Positions 27,901-41,800 of a stretch of DNA of 64,000 nucleotides are shown one piece after another. The position numbers and the translations under genes are program-made. The notes under the pieces are model-generated. The model was given only the letters and a program-made list of their open reading frames with translations, was not told the origin of the DNA and made no database searches. Where the stretch lies: assembly GCA_040954595.2 (NCBI GenBank), contig CM082591.2, forward strand, positions 733,882-797,881. The letters run 5' to 3'. Position 1 is the first letter of the stretch; the number at the start of each line of letters is the position of its first letter. This DNA is from Balanoglossus misakiensis (lineage: Eukaryota > Animalia > Hemichordata).

Positions 27901-29800
27901 CTGCATGAACGATGATGTAAACACCTGATATTCGGAGAAACGGGCGTTAAACTTTCCGCATAACTGACTCGATTTTCGTTGTTGGCTGACCCCGGTTCAA
28001 AGGTCACGTACAGCGCCCTCTATAGATAACGTACCGTAATCTACGTTTATCTGCATTGAACTCTGACCTCCGTTACGTTGCCCGCTGACTCTAAACTGAC
28101 TGCTAGACACGCTAAAACTATCTAGAAAACCGAATAAAACACAGGATGTAGACCTTGTGGTTGTAATATTCCCCAGGGATACGTAAAATTGCGAAATATC
28201 ACTGGATATGTTTTGAAATGTGGGTGAAATGTAGTCGTTTGTTCAGTCTATGCACTGTTCATGTTAGGTGGACGACATCGCAGCATTGCCTACAACGCAC
28301 GCATAACAAGCTATAAAAAAAATAACAAGCTATAAAAAAACCTTCTGACGCGAGTTGTACCCTAGTCCTTAAGATGAAGATGTCAGAATCACAATATTTG
28401 GCTAAAATACCATGGTTACCGTGCATTTTGCTAATCACGGTTTACCTTTCAACAGCACAGCGCCACCAGCGGTATGGGCACTGGTACCATGACAACCTCT
28501 CCAGCCAATCTCCAGCCTATGTCATATGCGATCTGTTCCTGCTTCATAATCATTTTTCCACCAACAATGAATGATCAGAGACGACGATTTGAGGTTTAGG
28601 ATCACCATAACCTTACGTGTAACAATTGTTTCCCAATCGATTAAAGAAAGAAACAAAGAAAGCAGATAGAAACTAATAAATAACATAGCATGAACCGTAA
28701 ATTGGTATTTTAATAGATAAGTATTTAAAGTTTTGCAATGAATTTTCCTGGAATTCTGCGGAAAAGCCACGTAAGCTTATATGTCCATCCACAAATAGGC
28801 TTATTCTGTTGTTGATAAAGTCTCTCTCACTAGGCCCTCCCTACTAACCTTTGCGCGCGTGCGTGTGTGAAGAAGACTTAAAAGTTAAGTCATAAGCAAC
28901 TTAGGCGCCTATGACATGACATTCTACTTTTCTTGTGTCACCGTCAGACGAGTACTTAACTTTTCTACGAGATCTTAAGTCATAACTACGTCACAGTCTG
29001 AGCTGCCTGCCAGGCGATCGATCGTCGACTGCAAAGAAACTAGGCCTAAAAACAGCACTGTCTACAAAGCAATAAAAAGACCGTAGGCTTAAAAAAAAAC
29101 CTATTGTCAAGCAGGCACACCACCAACGCGTGACCTTCAACTTATTCATGAAGCTACCCTGTTTGTAATACAAAATGTATTAAGTTTTTCCGACCTTACC
29201 TAGGTCATTTAAGGTACACATAGCGGAAGTTAGCTGGGACACATTACAGAATATATGACATGTCTTTTGGAGAACGAATAAATCATCGGATGATATTAGC
29301 CAGACATTTTGCATGTCAGCAGTACAAATGAGTGTCTATTAGTATAACTTCTCGTAAAACGAACAAAGCGGTTTCTACGAAACAAATGCATGGTACTCTC
29401 GAAATACTTACTCTCCGTTCATCCCTGGTATAATAATGGAGTGGTCCAAGGCACTTCCGGCATTAAGTCTGGTATCAGATCATGTGAATGTTGTTTTAAG
29501 TGTTCGTCGTAAATGCTTGGAAACAGTGCGTTCGTCGATCGCAAACACTTGTTCTGGAATTAAACAGCAAAATTGGATTGTTACCATAGATTGGTGAAAC
29601 AAGACTGTAATTATAAGTTGTCTAAAAGCATCTGCGAAGGAATCGATTGGATCAGCGGAGAAAGAGAAATCGACATATCGTGATACTATAAACTGTTTTA
29701 ACTACAACAACATGTATATTTCTCGGTTGTGTTCACTGGTAAACTTTTGTGTTTGATATTGGAAGCCGCGTTTTATTTGTCGTTTAGGTCTCATCGTCGA
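27900..29800. promoter_or_regulatory. CpG-rich divergent promoter region between Bax and the nuclear receptor
   Basis: Head-to-head genes with start codons about 2.4 kb apart and visibly higher CpG density. Two DR1 elements: GGTTCAaAGGTCA (27994-28006) and AGGTCAgAGTTCA on the minus strand (28057-28069). Confidence 0.55.
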
Positions 29801-29809
29801 CTTTAAGAG

Positions 29810-32800
29810 ATGGTGGATATACCTAGTGGCCGGGGAAAACCCAGCAAATTGGAAGATTCAGGTAGGTCTGTCCGTCTGTACTTGGTAAAAAAACGACGGG
29901 TACGTGCAGACACACGAATAAAGGCAGCGTACTTTTCTTCGTTCAAAGACCCATCGACCTAGTTAATTACAGTGAATTCGCTCCATGCATCGTGTTTTTC
30001 GTGGTAGGAAAAGTAGACATTTGACTTTTAAGTTAATAGAAAAGCCGAAATTTCGCGGTACACGTTGCAAAGTGGAGTGAAGTGACCTTGTAATCCGAGA
30101 ATTTAGATTTATATAGTCGGAACTAGGTCATTGGGAGACGCGGTCAGTTGCAATATTTGTACTTCTAGCTTCAGAGGTGTTCCCTCAAAAGTTTCAAGGT
30201 CGTTTGACGCCTTGGAAACTTTGCTGGGGCCAAACTGAACCAAATAGGGTCCGCTTAAAAGTTGAGACGCACCAAAACGGCTCTACAGTTAGACTTAAAT
30301 GTCCCAGGCCCCCCAGACCATGACAAACAGACCGAACCAAAACCTGAAAGACGCACTGACCTTCGATATTTGCTATGCGCGCATAAAGATAAAGTGGCCC
30401 AGGTAAAATAAATTTCTTCTGCGTCTTGCAAGGGGTTGGGATCGAATATATATCAATTATAAGGCGCATATTCAAAGTAAGTTTTGATACGTTTTCATGA
30501 TTTCCGAGCCAGAATATAAATGACACATATATTGTTGCAAGGAAATAACTTGCACAAGAACTTTGGGGAAGATAATACATCTGGTTTTGAAGTGAAACTG
30601 ATTAGTATTGTTTGTTTGTGTAGGACCTAAACCTGGTCATCCTAGGGGGTCAAATCACATTTAAATATTTGCATGATGGGTAATAATTAAAGAAAGTTTG
30701 TTCTCACTGTAGTAAAAGTTTTCAAGAGATGTTATATATCTCCTGCGACCTATTCTTGAATTTTATCTTGTGTAGAAGTTCTGTTTTTTGTAAATAGCAT
30801 ATAGAACTCAGCTTTTTCAAGTTTTAATGTTTTTCTCTGCTATTAGAATATCAGTACACGTATCTCCAATATCAAATGCCACTTTCATAAACCTTACATC
30901 CTGGCATTTTGTTTGTATGATACCAGGATGTCAGAGGTCATGAAAATGGCCGACCTCAATCTGCCATCTTGATTGAAATTATGTCAACCATTTAAGGTTG
31001 TGAGAATTTAGGGACAATTTATGAATTAACAAAAACAAGCCAATATGGTTCTGGTGAAGGGTTGGGGTTAGGGCTGTGGAGCAAATGACCACTAACCCCA
31101 ACTCCAACCCTAACCTGTCAACAAACAAACAAACAAATGTGACCATATTAGTAAGCAAACACACACACACACACACACTACAAACAAGGAGGAAGAGCAC
31201 CCTGTACAGTAAAGAACTTTTGCATATCTTCATGATTTAACACTCAAACAAAAAAGTAGATCACATAAAGGTGCTTACCGATCAAGATGCGAGAATCAGT
31301 TGCCTCTGGAGCACTGCTGGAAACATACAAGTAAATAATTGAAGCAATAAATAATTAATTGGTTGCAACCACAATAATGGCCACCTTCAGCAAACTACAC
31401 AAGTGAGGCATACTCGCATCTAATTCTGTGTCCATAGTGTATTGATTGCATCAACTTGGCTGACATAAAACGTCAACATGCACGAATTTGCATCTGCCCA
31501 GATTTTGAACTAGACATGTGTATGACGCAGGCTGAAAGGAGTTTGACGCTTTTTTTTTTAATGAATGCATCAAAAATACGCACTCAAAAAAATGTAGCGG
31601 TGACCTCTGATTTTACATCTGCCCTGAACCCCCTTCCTACCAGGACCAAACTAAGTCGCTACTAGGCCAACACAGTGTGTCCAAATTGGTTATTTTACAC
31701 CGGCCAAGGCCCAGCACAGGTGCTACACTCCCATAAACTGTCCAGTCTGAATCCCCCTTTAGAGTCACTATTGTGGCATGTTTTTAAATGCAACTTCAAG
31801 CAGCTCATTGGGTTTGTTCTCTGTTGACCTGTTCTGGAACATAAAAGTTCTACATGAATACACCTCAGGTCATCTTTAAATAGGCCTTACCCTGTTATTT
31901 TTGTTTAGAGATAAATAGGTATCTGACCTGGTTTGAAAGTGGAACACGGTTCTCTGGGTAACAACGTCCCACATTCAAAATAAAAAGTACTGGTATAGCT
32001 ACTTCTTTCTGTTTTTTTATGTTTTGTGTTGACACCTACTTCATTTGAATTCCAGAATGTTATGTTTTAATATTGTGGACAATTGAATGGGACAAGTACA
32101 TGTACTATAGTTCATCACAGCCAGTGCAGATATGTATCAACACCCTAGCTGAGCAATCAATCATTCCTTCAGAACAACTCAAAATTGGTTTTCGTACATG
32201 TACCTGAAACAAACATATAGAGATTGAAAGTTAGAGCCACTGTATAGCCAAATGAAATGTTGTTTTAGTGCAAAATATTACAAAAGTGCAGTCTCATGGT
32301 TCGTGAAACCTTTTCATTCAATTCTTGCATTCAGCATTCAATGTCATGACCCATATGCATGCATTATAAGCAGCTGCACATGTATGTAGATTAATTTATT
32401 TCAACAATGCCAGCTGTACATTGTGTTGAATTAACCACTGGTGTGCATTGACCTAAAACTCTTCAAGTTTATTATGAAAAAAAACAATAAAATGGTCCAT
32501 ACGCAAAGATTGCAAAATTGGTTTATTATGACACGTCAATACGTACTAACTGTATCAGGTTTTCATGTCGGTGACCATGCATCTATGATTTTGCTTTATA
32601 TAGTACACTACAGGCAAAGTCATGATGGAGGTTTATTGGTTCAATTTGAGTCAATGGCCTTTGTATGAGGTGCCCCAGATACTTGCCTCTTGTATCGGGT
32701 CATTATAGCTTCCGGAACATGAAACCGTACATGTAGCAAATGAAGATCATGATGAACGTGGAACTGTGATGTTTATAAATATTTTTAGAAGCCAGCTTGA

Positions 32801-35800
32801 TATTGAAAAGTTTGCTGTAAACATTGAGAGCTTAACTGATTCACAATAGGGGTTGTGTATTACCCTTTATGGGTCTAGAAAGCCATCAAAACCACATAGA
32901 TGAATGATGTATCGAACCCAAAACATCTGATCAAGTTACCACAAGTCTCTCAGATTATCAGTGAGTGAGCTTTTTTGGCCTCTAACGACACACCAGAACT
33001 ATAACAATCTCCAGGTCAGCCTTTTGTTAGCGCCGCAGTTTAGCACCACCTTATTGTCACATCTTATTAGCATAAAGGTACTGCATATACAGAAGCACAC
33101 AAACAACCATTTGGAATGCTATTTCGTTTCACCATGAATCGCCAAATCAAGTTTGGCAAATAAGCTTGAATAAAATACTAATATAACCATATTGTACCAC
33201 TCTGGTAATATATATATATTATCCTGTTTAGCCTTAGACCTGCCTAAACTGACCTTTGATCCAGTTTGTAGTTTTCTGTCTTTTCTGTCAAATGGTAGTC
33301 TAGTAGTGTGTCAGAGATTCATGACAATTAGACCATAAAGCTGTACAGCATCTTTTGATTGATGGTTCTCGTGATGACATTAAATATTCAGTGTGCAGCC
33401 ACTGTGGCCGTAATAAAACATGATACTTTTTCTTTCTGTGCTACGATCTTCTTGGCTGTGAAAAGCTGTTTGCAGTAATTGTGCTAAATGCAGGTTGATT
33501 AATGGTTTATCTTGACAGAAATGACTTGCACGGATGTTCTTGCGACTATCTAATAGGCTGAAGAAGTCCACAAGAAGCCCAGGGGTGTAATACATTATTA
33601 CAGATACTCCATATAACATGTGCAAAATTGAACATTGTTTGCCAGTAGCAACACTATATGTACACCACTGATACTCTATGATAAATTGAATAAAAATATG
33701 GATATAATTTGATCAATTTCTGGACGTAAACTGATTGTCAATGTCACTGATTCATGGGAAGGTAGGTTATTTTGTGGAGATGTACCAGATACACTGTGGA
33801 TCAATGTCTGAACCAGTTACATTTAGGTCAATACATTATAAACCCTGTAGCACACAAAAACCTAATATGCCATCCACTTACTGATCAACTTGGAACTTCT
33901 ATAACTTCTCAGGCAACTCCTACAAATTATATTCAACCCTCACACACTTGATACATGCACCGGTATATATAAGTAGAATCCCTTTATAAAGAAGAGTTGG
34001 GCATTTCCAAAATGCTTAATTTGTTCTCGGGGTTCAAGTAGAAAACTTCCAGAAACCACAAAAATAATGCACTAGGTTGATCATAATGGATGTTTCTTGT
34101 TTCTCCTACATGAGAAAGGATCAAGAGTTATTAAAGACTTTCTAGGCTAGCATCTGTCTTTCTTGAGAGCTGCTTGATTCTGCATTCACTCTTTCATATA
34201 ATATGCCTCTGTTCATTCCACAAATCCAACCTGCAGACACAAATTGACAAGGACGCACATAAAGTTTCCCTGAGTAAGAATATTGGCTCGGATTTGTGAG
34301 AAGTATTAGAAATGCAATTTCCATAAATCACCAGTTTTAGAATGCCAGCTCCTGCAAGCAGAGATGGAGCACACAGACCATGTATCTATTGTCTGCATCA
34401 TACAGTACCTATGTATAATAAATTATCTGTCAGCCGATTTTTATTTCACACAGCGTAACCTTTACTGTGAGATAATGTGATTTATCTTTCATGTATTTGG
34501 TTGTGATAGTCTTATCATTATAGATCTAATGTTTCCACAGTGTTTTGGCCCAGGTAGACTACCAGCAACTCCCGAAGCCTTAATTTATGTTATCTGCATG
34601 CAGGTCTGTTCCTTTGCTGTCACATATATACTAGTAAGAAGAAATATGATGGCTTACTTTGCTTTGTTGATTCGATCAAGGCACTTACTGCTAGGTTACG
34701 CGTACTGTATGCACAGGGATCATGCAGGAATCCATCAGCACAGCAGTTCTGATCTGTGTCGTGACTTGAGTTCTCTTGTGATGTAAATTGATAGATCTAA
34801 AAAAAAAAATGCATGTAATAGGTATCTGTCATAGATATTCATAGTATACATGTATACTGGTATGTATGATGTTTGGTCAAAAATAGGTCATGCAGGCTTT
34901 TATGTTATTTGTATAATGATATTTATGTTGGTGATCACAAATGCTCTTTGACAAAAAATACTGTAGATCTAATTACCGTTAAAATAACCTTTTTGATCTC
35001 AAAAACTGGAGTTCCAGTTATGTGAATTGCTTTGCCATAGCTTTCATGATCAGCTAGATTTCGTTTGGGTGGGACAACGCAACCAACGTTATTTAAATTA
35101 CAGTCATTTAATTCAATTTATGTTGCCTTGCTCAAGGGCAAAACATCATGGTTATGTACTATGCCCATATTGCAAAATGACTACCCTAGATAATGGTCCC
35201 TAGTATGTCTTTCAGTTGACCACCCGTGACAAGCCAATGTGTTTCTTATTGTTCACCATTATGGTATATGAAGGTATGCCAAACAGGGTCTGTGTTACAC
35301 CCGGACACCTTTTTAAATTTTCATAACATATTTTTAAAGCTCTGTAATTTTTCGCTATGTTTTGTGTATTTACTACAGTTTACTGTTCAAATTCCTGAAT
35401 CATGATGAAATATGCCACCACAACCAAAATACTTCCTCCTAATAGAAATTTATGACTCAACTTTGCGTGTGTTGAATTTGAAATTAGTTTCAGGTACATC
35501 TGAATTACATTCAAGTGTTGTAATCACATTACATCCAACTCATACATCCATTTCATCATATACATGTACAAACCGAGATGACAGACTTGGACTCCCCATT
35601 TACCAGGCCTCATGATGTAATATTTTTATCATTGGAAAATAAATTTGTCATGCGCATTGTGTATCGACTGTCATTGTCAGTATGAACAGTGTGCACATAC
35701 CTCTGTCACCTAACAGTATTCTGTATGCCAGATAGGTGAGTGTAACTGATACATGTACCTGTACAGTTCCAATATGGCCTTAAATTAGCAAAACATACAG

Positions 35801-38800
35801 CAGATAGCATTTATTCTTTTAGAGTGCCCCTCCCATTTTGTACAAAATATTAAACTCACTGGTCTTTCCTGACCAATATGGTCCCCTTGAAAACCCACGA
35901 GCTATATGGTCCAAATCTGGTGGAGTTTTAAATCAACATGGCTTAAAAGTAATACTTCGTCAGTCCAAATCTATTGTTTTCTATGGCAGTCTGCAAGGCA
36001 GCGGTAATCTCCTATAGAGAAAAACCGGGTGTGAAAAGGATTAAATAACACACATTGCTGTCTCCTGTGGATGGCTGAGCATTGCAATGCATGAATAGTA
36101 CAAGTACATTGACCGAGAATAAATAGTGTACGGTTATGCAAGCATTGGGATCAAAGTTTAAACAATGTGTTTGCATACCTGCTACACGCTAGACAGAATA
36201 TAAAAGGTACAGATTGACATTGCATTAGTTGAAGGTCGATCGTCTGTTGTAAGTGTATTTTGAAGGCAGATTTATAGCTGCATCTGCTGATCAAAATCCC
36301 AAAGTCAAATTGTGCCTTAGTCAATGACAGATGGATTATTTCTGTAAAATGATTCTATAAATTTGGTCCCATTTCTAATCAATCGATTCTTACAGCTTCA
36401 CTGGAAAATTTTGCACCCAAGGAATGTATGTTATCAACATATGGAACTCATATCTGTCATACAAATCATATTTGACATTTTTGATGAATGCTTTTGAGGA
36501 TATACAAACAGCACAGTGCCACTGACTATAAGAAAGCACTGTGACTGAATATTTTTGATATTTGGAAAAATCAATGGAATGATATTCCAATAGAATACAG
36601 TATTGGTTGACTTACATAATTATTTGTTGTATCGAATCATTGCCATAACAACCACCATCAACAACAACAACAGCAAGACCAACAGCCACTTCAGGATCTA
36701 ACCAAATTTTCTATTGATTGATCAAAATTAATGGAGACTGTGGCTGTATATTCATTCTTTGATTGCTTTAGCGAGAACACTGAAAGACACTCCTACCAGC
36801 CAGTATAAGATTTACATGTAGCTGAGCCTGGAAGACAAAAAAATAAAAGAGGTATACATGTATCTCAAAATAGTGACTAGTGGGTACAGGCAGAAAGAAG
36901 AGAATATGACATGAAGACCATTTACTGGGCATGTACATGTATCTCTTCCTTGATTCCAAATCATTACAAGTACCGGTAAATTTTTCTCTCCGCATAGAGA
37001 GTGCTTTCAGCTTTTCATACCCCAGCGAATCCCCTGAAGTGACTGACTATTGGAAGGTAGATGAAAGACAAGATGTCTGTACATGTCTAGACAAGGGTTC
37101 TCGTGTCTATGTGAGGGTGCATATTCTGGATGAGAACACAGAGTCCATGTCAATACATGGCCATATTTTGTGAATAACAGAATTAGTACCATATTTTTCC
37201 CCATAAATGTACATTTTACGGCAAATTTAGATAGCAAAGAGCCCTGCTGGTACCATGACGCACGACAAGAACTGAATAATATTGTTCTAAATCCAAAAGC
37301 AATGACATCAATATTAAAATCCGACAAAATTATACTGGTACATGTCTGTTCTACACCCAATTTTTCAATTCAGTTTGTTCTTTTCATTTCATCATATTTA
37401 TGAAAAGACTACTGGTATGATTTCACCAAAATGTCACAGTACTAACTCGTTTTTGTGTGATGTTCGTGCATCTATACCCTACATGAATCATGCAATCTTT
37501 GTATACATGTATGTTCATAATTGATTTTACACAAGTTCTGCAGTTCGGTATTCAATGGATGATATGGAACACTAGGGAGAAAGTCTCACTGGCAACCTGA
37601 TATTATAGATATAAACATATTGATCTCAACCATGAAAGTATTGACATGGAATGTATATACTCAAACAGACTATTGAGAATTCTCAGACCAATATTGTAGT
37701 AATTCACCTGCCTAAAGGATAGAGACAGACATGTCCATGTTGCTAGCCTTGGTTAGCAAATATAGCAAATAATACATGGAGGATGTAGAAGACACTGTTA
37801 TAAATTGATTTTACTTGTGCAAATAGCAGCAGTAAACTATTTATCGTCATTTCCACTGTCTTCATGTATCTGGACAACTCACATATACATGTACGGTATT
37901 TGCCAAATGTAAGTACCGGTATGTATATACTGCTGTGTTTGATGTAATTGAGACCTGTTTCTGTTTGTATAGCCTACTTGAGGTCATCTGGGTTGAGGTT
38001 AGGTCATTTGCGGTTGATCTCTGGTTCAATTTAAGGTTATGTACATGGGTTGTCCAGTTTTATTGTTTGCATGGTGACAGCTGTTATTCTGATTTTGACC
38101 TCTTGTTTGATTTGAAAGAAAACAGCGCAAAATGTACTTTTGGAGAATACGTATGCATGGCATAAAAAATGCGTTGTTGTGTTTACCATGGGGTGAACCA
38201 CATCATAAAGTTGTTGACAAGTTGCCTGGTTCACCACACACTTAGCTCTATAGATAATCATGATTGATGGTCTAACTTACAGCTGAGTAGAAATATTCCA
38301 ATTCAAGACACAGTACTGTTAAAAATATAGAAAATGCAATGACATGTATTGTAGACCAACAGGCCCAGTTGACCTCAGTTATTGCTGGGAGTTCAAGTTC
38401 GCATTGGTCAAGGTCAGAACTGTTGCAGAGCTCTCTGTGTGTCACTTTTATGAACCATAATTTATTTTAGTTTAATAACCATCAATTTTAATGCATGTGG
38501 ACAAATCAATGTTACAACATTGAGACTGAACTTGCTTTCACATTTACCTTTTCACCGCCATGGTTTGGTCCAACTCCATTGTTTTCAGTGGTAGTATTGG
38601 ACCTTATACATGAAAACGGGGGTTTAAGGGTTAAACCAGTTAAGGATGGCAGGTCAAACTCCATAAAACTCCCACACATGTTTAATACATTTGCTGGTTG
38701 TTTGTGACAAGTAATCAATCATGCAGGTCCGACCAATCAAACTGCAGTTACCACTGAAGAAGGGAGGTTCTACTGTATTCAAGGTTAGGTATTGGTATCT

Positions 38801-41800
38801 CATCTGTGTCTGTGCCATACACAGCTAAAGATTGACAGACCTGCACCAGGATTTGTCTGCACCGGGTCTGTCACATGCGTGCAGCATACCTGCCCTGTCA
38901 GGTATGCTGCATGTCTGACATGCCTGCCATGCACCAGACCTGATCTGTCAGACCTGCCACAGGTCTGATCTGCCAGACCTGCACCAGGTCTGTCCTGACA
39001 GGCCTGCTGCAGGTCTGACAGGAAAGTTCTGCTGCAGGTCTGACAGGACAGGTCTGCTGCAGGTCTGACAGGACAGACCTGGTGCAGGTCTGACAGGACA
39101 GACCTGTGGCAGGTCTGACAGGACAGACCTGGTGCAGGTCTGACAGGACAGACCTGTGGCAGGTCTATCAGGACAGACCTGTGGCAGGTCTGACAGGACA
39201 GACCTGTGGCAGGTCTGACAGGACAGACCTGGTGCAGGTCTATCAGGACAGACCTGTGGCAGGTCTGACAGGACAGACCTGGTGCAGGTCTGACAGGACA
39301 GACCTGTGGCAGGTCTATCAGGACAGACCTGTGGCAGGTCTATCAGGACAGACCTGTGGCAGGTCTGACAGGACAGACCTGGTGCAGGTCTGACAGGACA
39401 GACCTGTGGCAGGTCTATCAGGACAGACCTGTGGCAGGTCTGACAGGACAGACCTGGTGCAGGTCTGACAGGACAGACCTGTGGCAGGTCTATCAGGACA
39501 GACCTGTGGCAGGTCTGACAGGACAGACCTGGTGCAGGTCTGACAGGACAGACCTGGTGCAGGTCTGACAGGACAGACCTGGTGCAGGTCTGACAGGACA
39601 GACCTGTGGCAGGTCTGACAGGACAGACCTGTGGCAGGTCTGACAGGACAGACCTGTGGCAGGTCTGACAGGACAGACCTGTGGCAGGTCTGACAGGACA
39701 GACCTGTGGCAGGTCTGACAGGACAGACCTGTGGCAGGTCTGACAGGACAGACCTGGTGCAGGTCTGACAGGACAGACCTGGTGCAGGTCTGACAGGACA
39801 GACCTGTGGCAGGTCTGACAGGACAGACCTGTGGCAGGTCTGACAGGACAGACCTGTGGCAGGTCTGACAGGACAGACCTGGTGCAGGTCTGACAGGACA
39901 GACCTGGTGCAGGTCTGACAGGACAGACCTGGTGCAGGTCTGACAGGACAGACCTGTGGCAGGTCTGACAGGACAGACCTGTGGCAGGTCTGACAGGACA
40001 GACCTGTGGCAGGTCTGACAGGACAGACCTGTGGCAGGTCTGACAGGACAGACCTGTGGCAGGTCTGACAGGACAGACCTGTGGCAGGTATGACAGGACA
40101 GACCTGTGGCAGGTCTGACAGGACAGACCTGTGGCAGGTATGACAGGACAGACCTGGTGCAGGTCTGACAGGACAGACCTGTGGCAGGTCTGTCAGGACA
40201 GACCTGGTGCATGTCTGATCCAGCAGACTGCTGCAGGTCTGGGGCCATATTGCTGCACATGACCTGTTGGTCAGACATGCACCGGACACGCACCACACCT
40301 GGTGCAGACCTGGTGAACTTTAGTTGTGTAGTGTATGAATAGTTTGAAATCTAAAAAAAGAATAAGAACAGAAAAGACCTTGGTTACTGACAGTGACATA
40401 AATACATTGAACTTTCCCCGTTGAAATAAGAGCATGTTTCATACTTCAAGGGCATGTTCTCAAGGAAATTAAATGTTAACTGTTATATGATGGAGAAATT
40501 CAATTTTTTCATAAATTGGGTAATTTTATCTTCTTTAAATAAATTGCTTATGTTGTTCTGCTGATTGAAGTAAACTGAATGATGGGTTTTCCTAGGTCAA
40601 TGTCGACCTGTATCTGCACGAAGATAACATATAATTGCTTCTATCAGTTGGTTGGTATAACAGTAGGCGTATTGCTGTATGTTCAGAAATAGATGGAAGT
40701 TCATAAACAGGTGTTTGATTGCTGGAAGGAACGTGTAATGAGATGGGTGTGTGTTTCCACGCCCATGTCACCTTTTAAACATCACTCTTTCATGAAGACG
40801 GATTCCGTGAAGAATAAAAGTAGGTTACTAGCACAGTTACAGTCATAGGCAGGAATGTTTCTGAAATCTGAAAAATGATCAAAACAGTCAGTTGGTCTAG
40901 ATTTTTAAAATGGTGCATATCAAGCATCAGAATGACCTCAGTTCAGAATTGATCATATCTGATAAAACCGTTTCAAGTATAAATTTTAGCATGTTCCATG
41001 AAAGTAACCAGTGGGAAAAGGCAAAGTATCAATAGATGGTTATTTTCCTGGCTGCAGACTCTAATCTACAATTCCACAAAAATAAATTTTCTCACCTAAA
41101 ATAAAAAAAAGCCATCATAATGTCAAAAGGTATCGACTTTGTTTCTTTAATAAGCAATTCCGAGAAATTTAATTTGGATTTCATGCCCGAAGGAAATAAT
41201 TCTGTGTGTGTGTTTTTATCGGACTCTATCTGTAGTTTGTCAGTGTTGAACAGTCACCATGGTTACAGGGCACTTGGAGTGCAGCAAGTTGATAGAAACG
41301 CCAGGAATTGAATGTAGATTTAGCAATTGTATCCAGGGCTTAGAACTGTCTGTTGCCAAATAAATAAAAGATAAATGAACAGATAACCCCCTACTGGTCT
41401 GTGTAATAAAACCATTTATTTATTTCTGATTGTAGGACACAGGAAAATAACATGTCTGCTGATCTTTTCTTCTGATAGCAATGATATTCAAACATTCCAA
41501 TAAACGCAATCACAAATACATGTAGATGCTGGGTTTCATTAATAGAGGTTACAGAGGTACGATTACAACTGCAAGGAAAATGATTGCATCTGTACTCTTT
41601 TCCTTGAGATAAAAAAGATCAAAGGACAAAGTTCTTCTCATTTCATATTGTTTTGACCAGATTTGCCCTGCATACAAGACATAGCTTGTGACATTTGGAC
41701 TAGATTCTGTAACGTGACTGTTGGAAGGTCATATTGAACAGTGTTTCTTCTTCTATCATATAGTGGAAAGATAGTCAGAAAGGACATCTATTTTTCAGTT

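Noticed and set aside
39057-40212. CRISPR-like array of palindromic repeats
   Set aside because: There are no unique spacers, the units are directly adjacent, the context is a eukaryotic intron and no cas genes are present.
39106-40298. Long Cys-rich ORFs (326 aa, 267 aa and others) resembling keratin-associated or metallothionein-like proteins
   Set aside because: They are translations of the 25-bp minisatellite, open in several frames only because the unit lacks stops on the minus strand.
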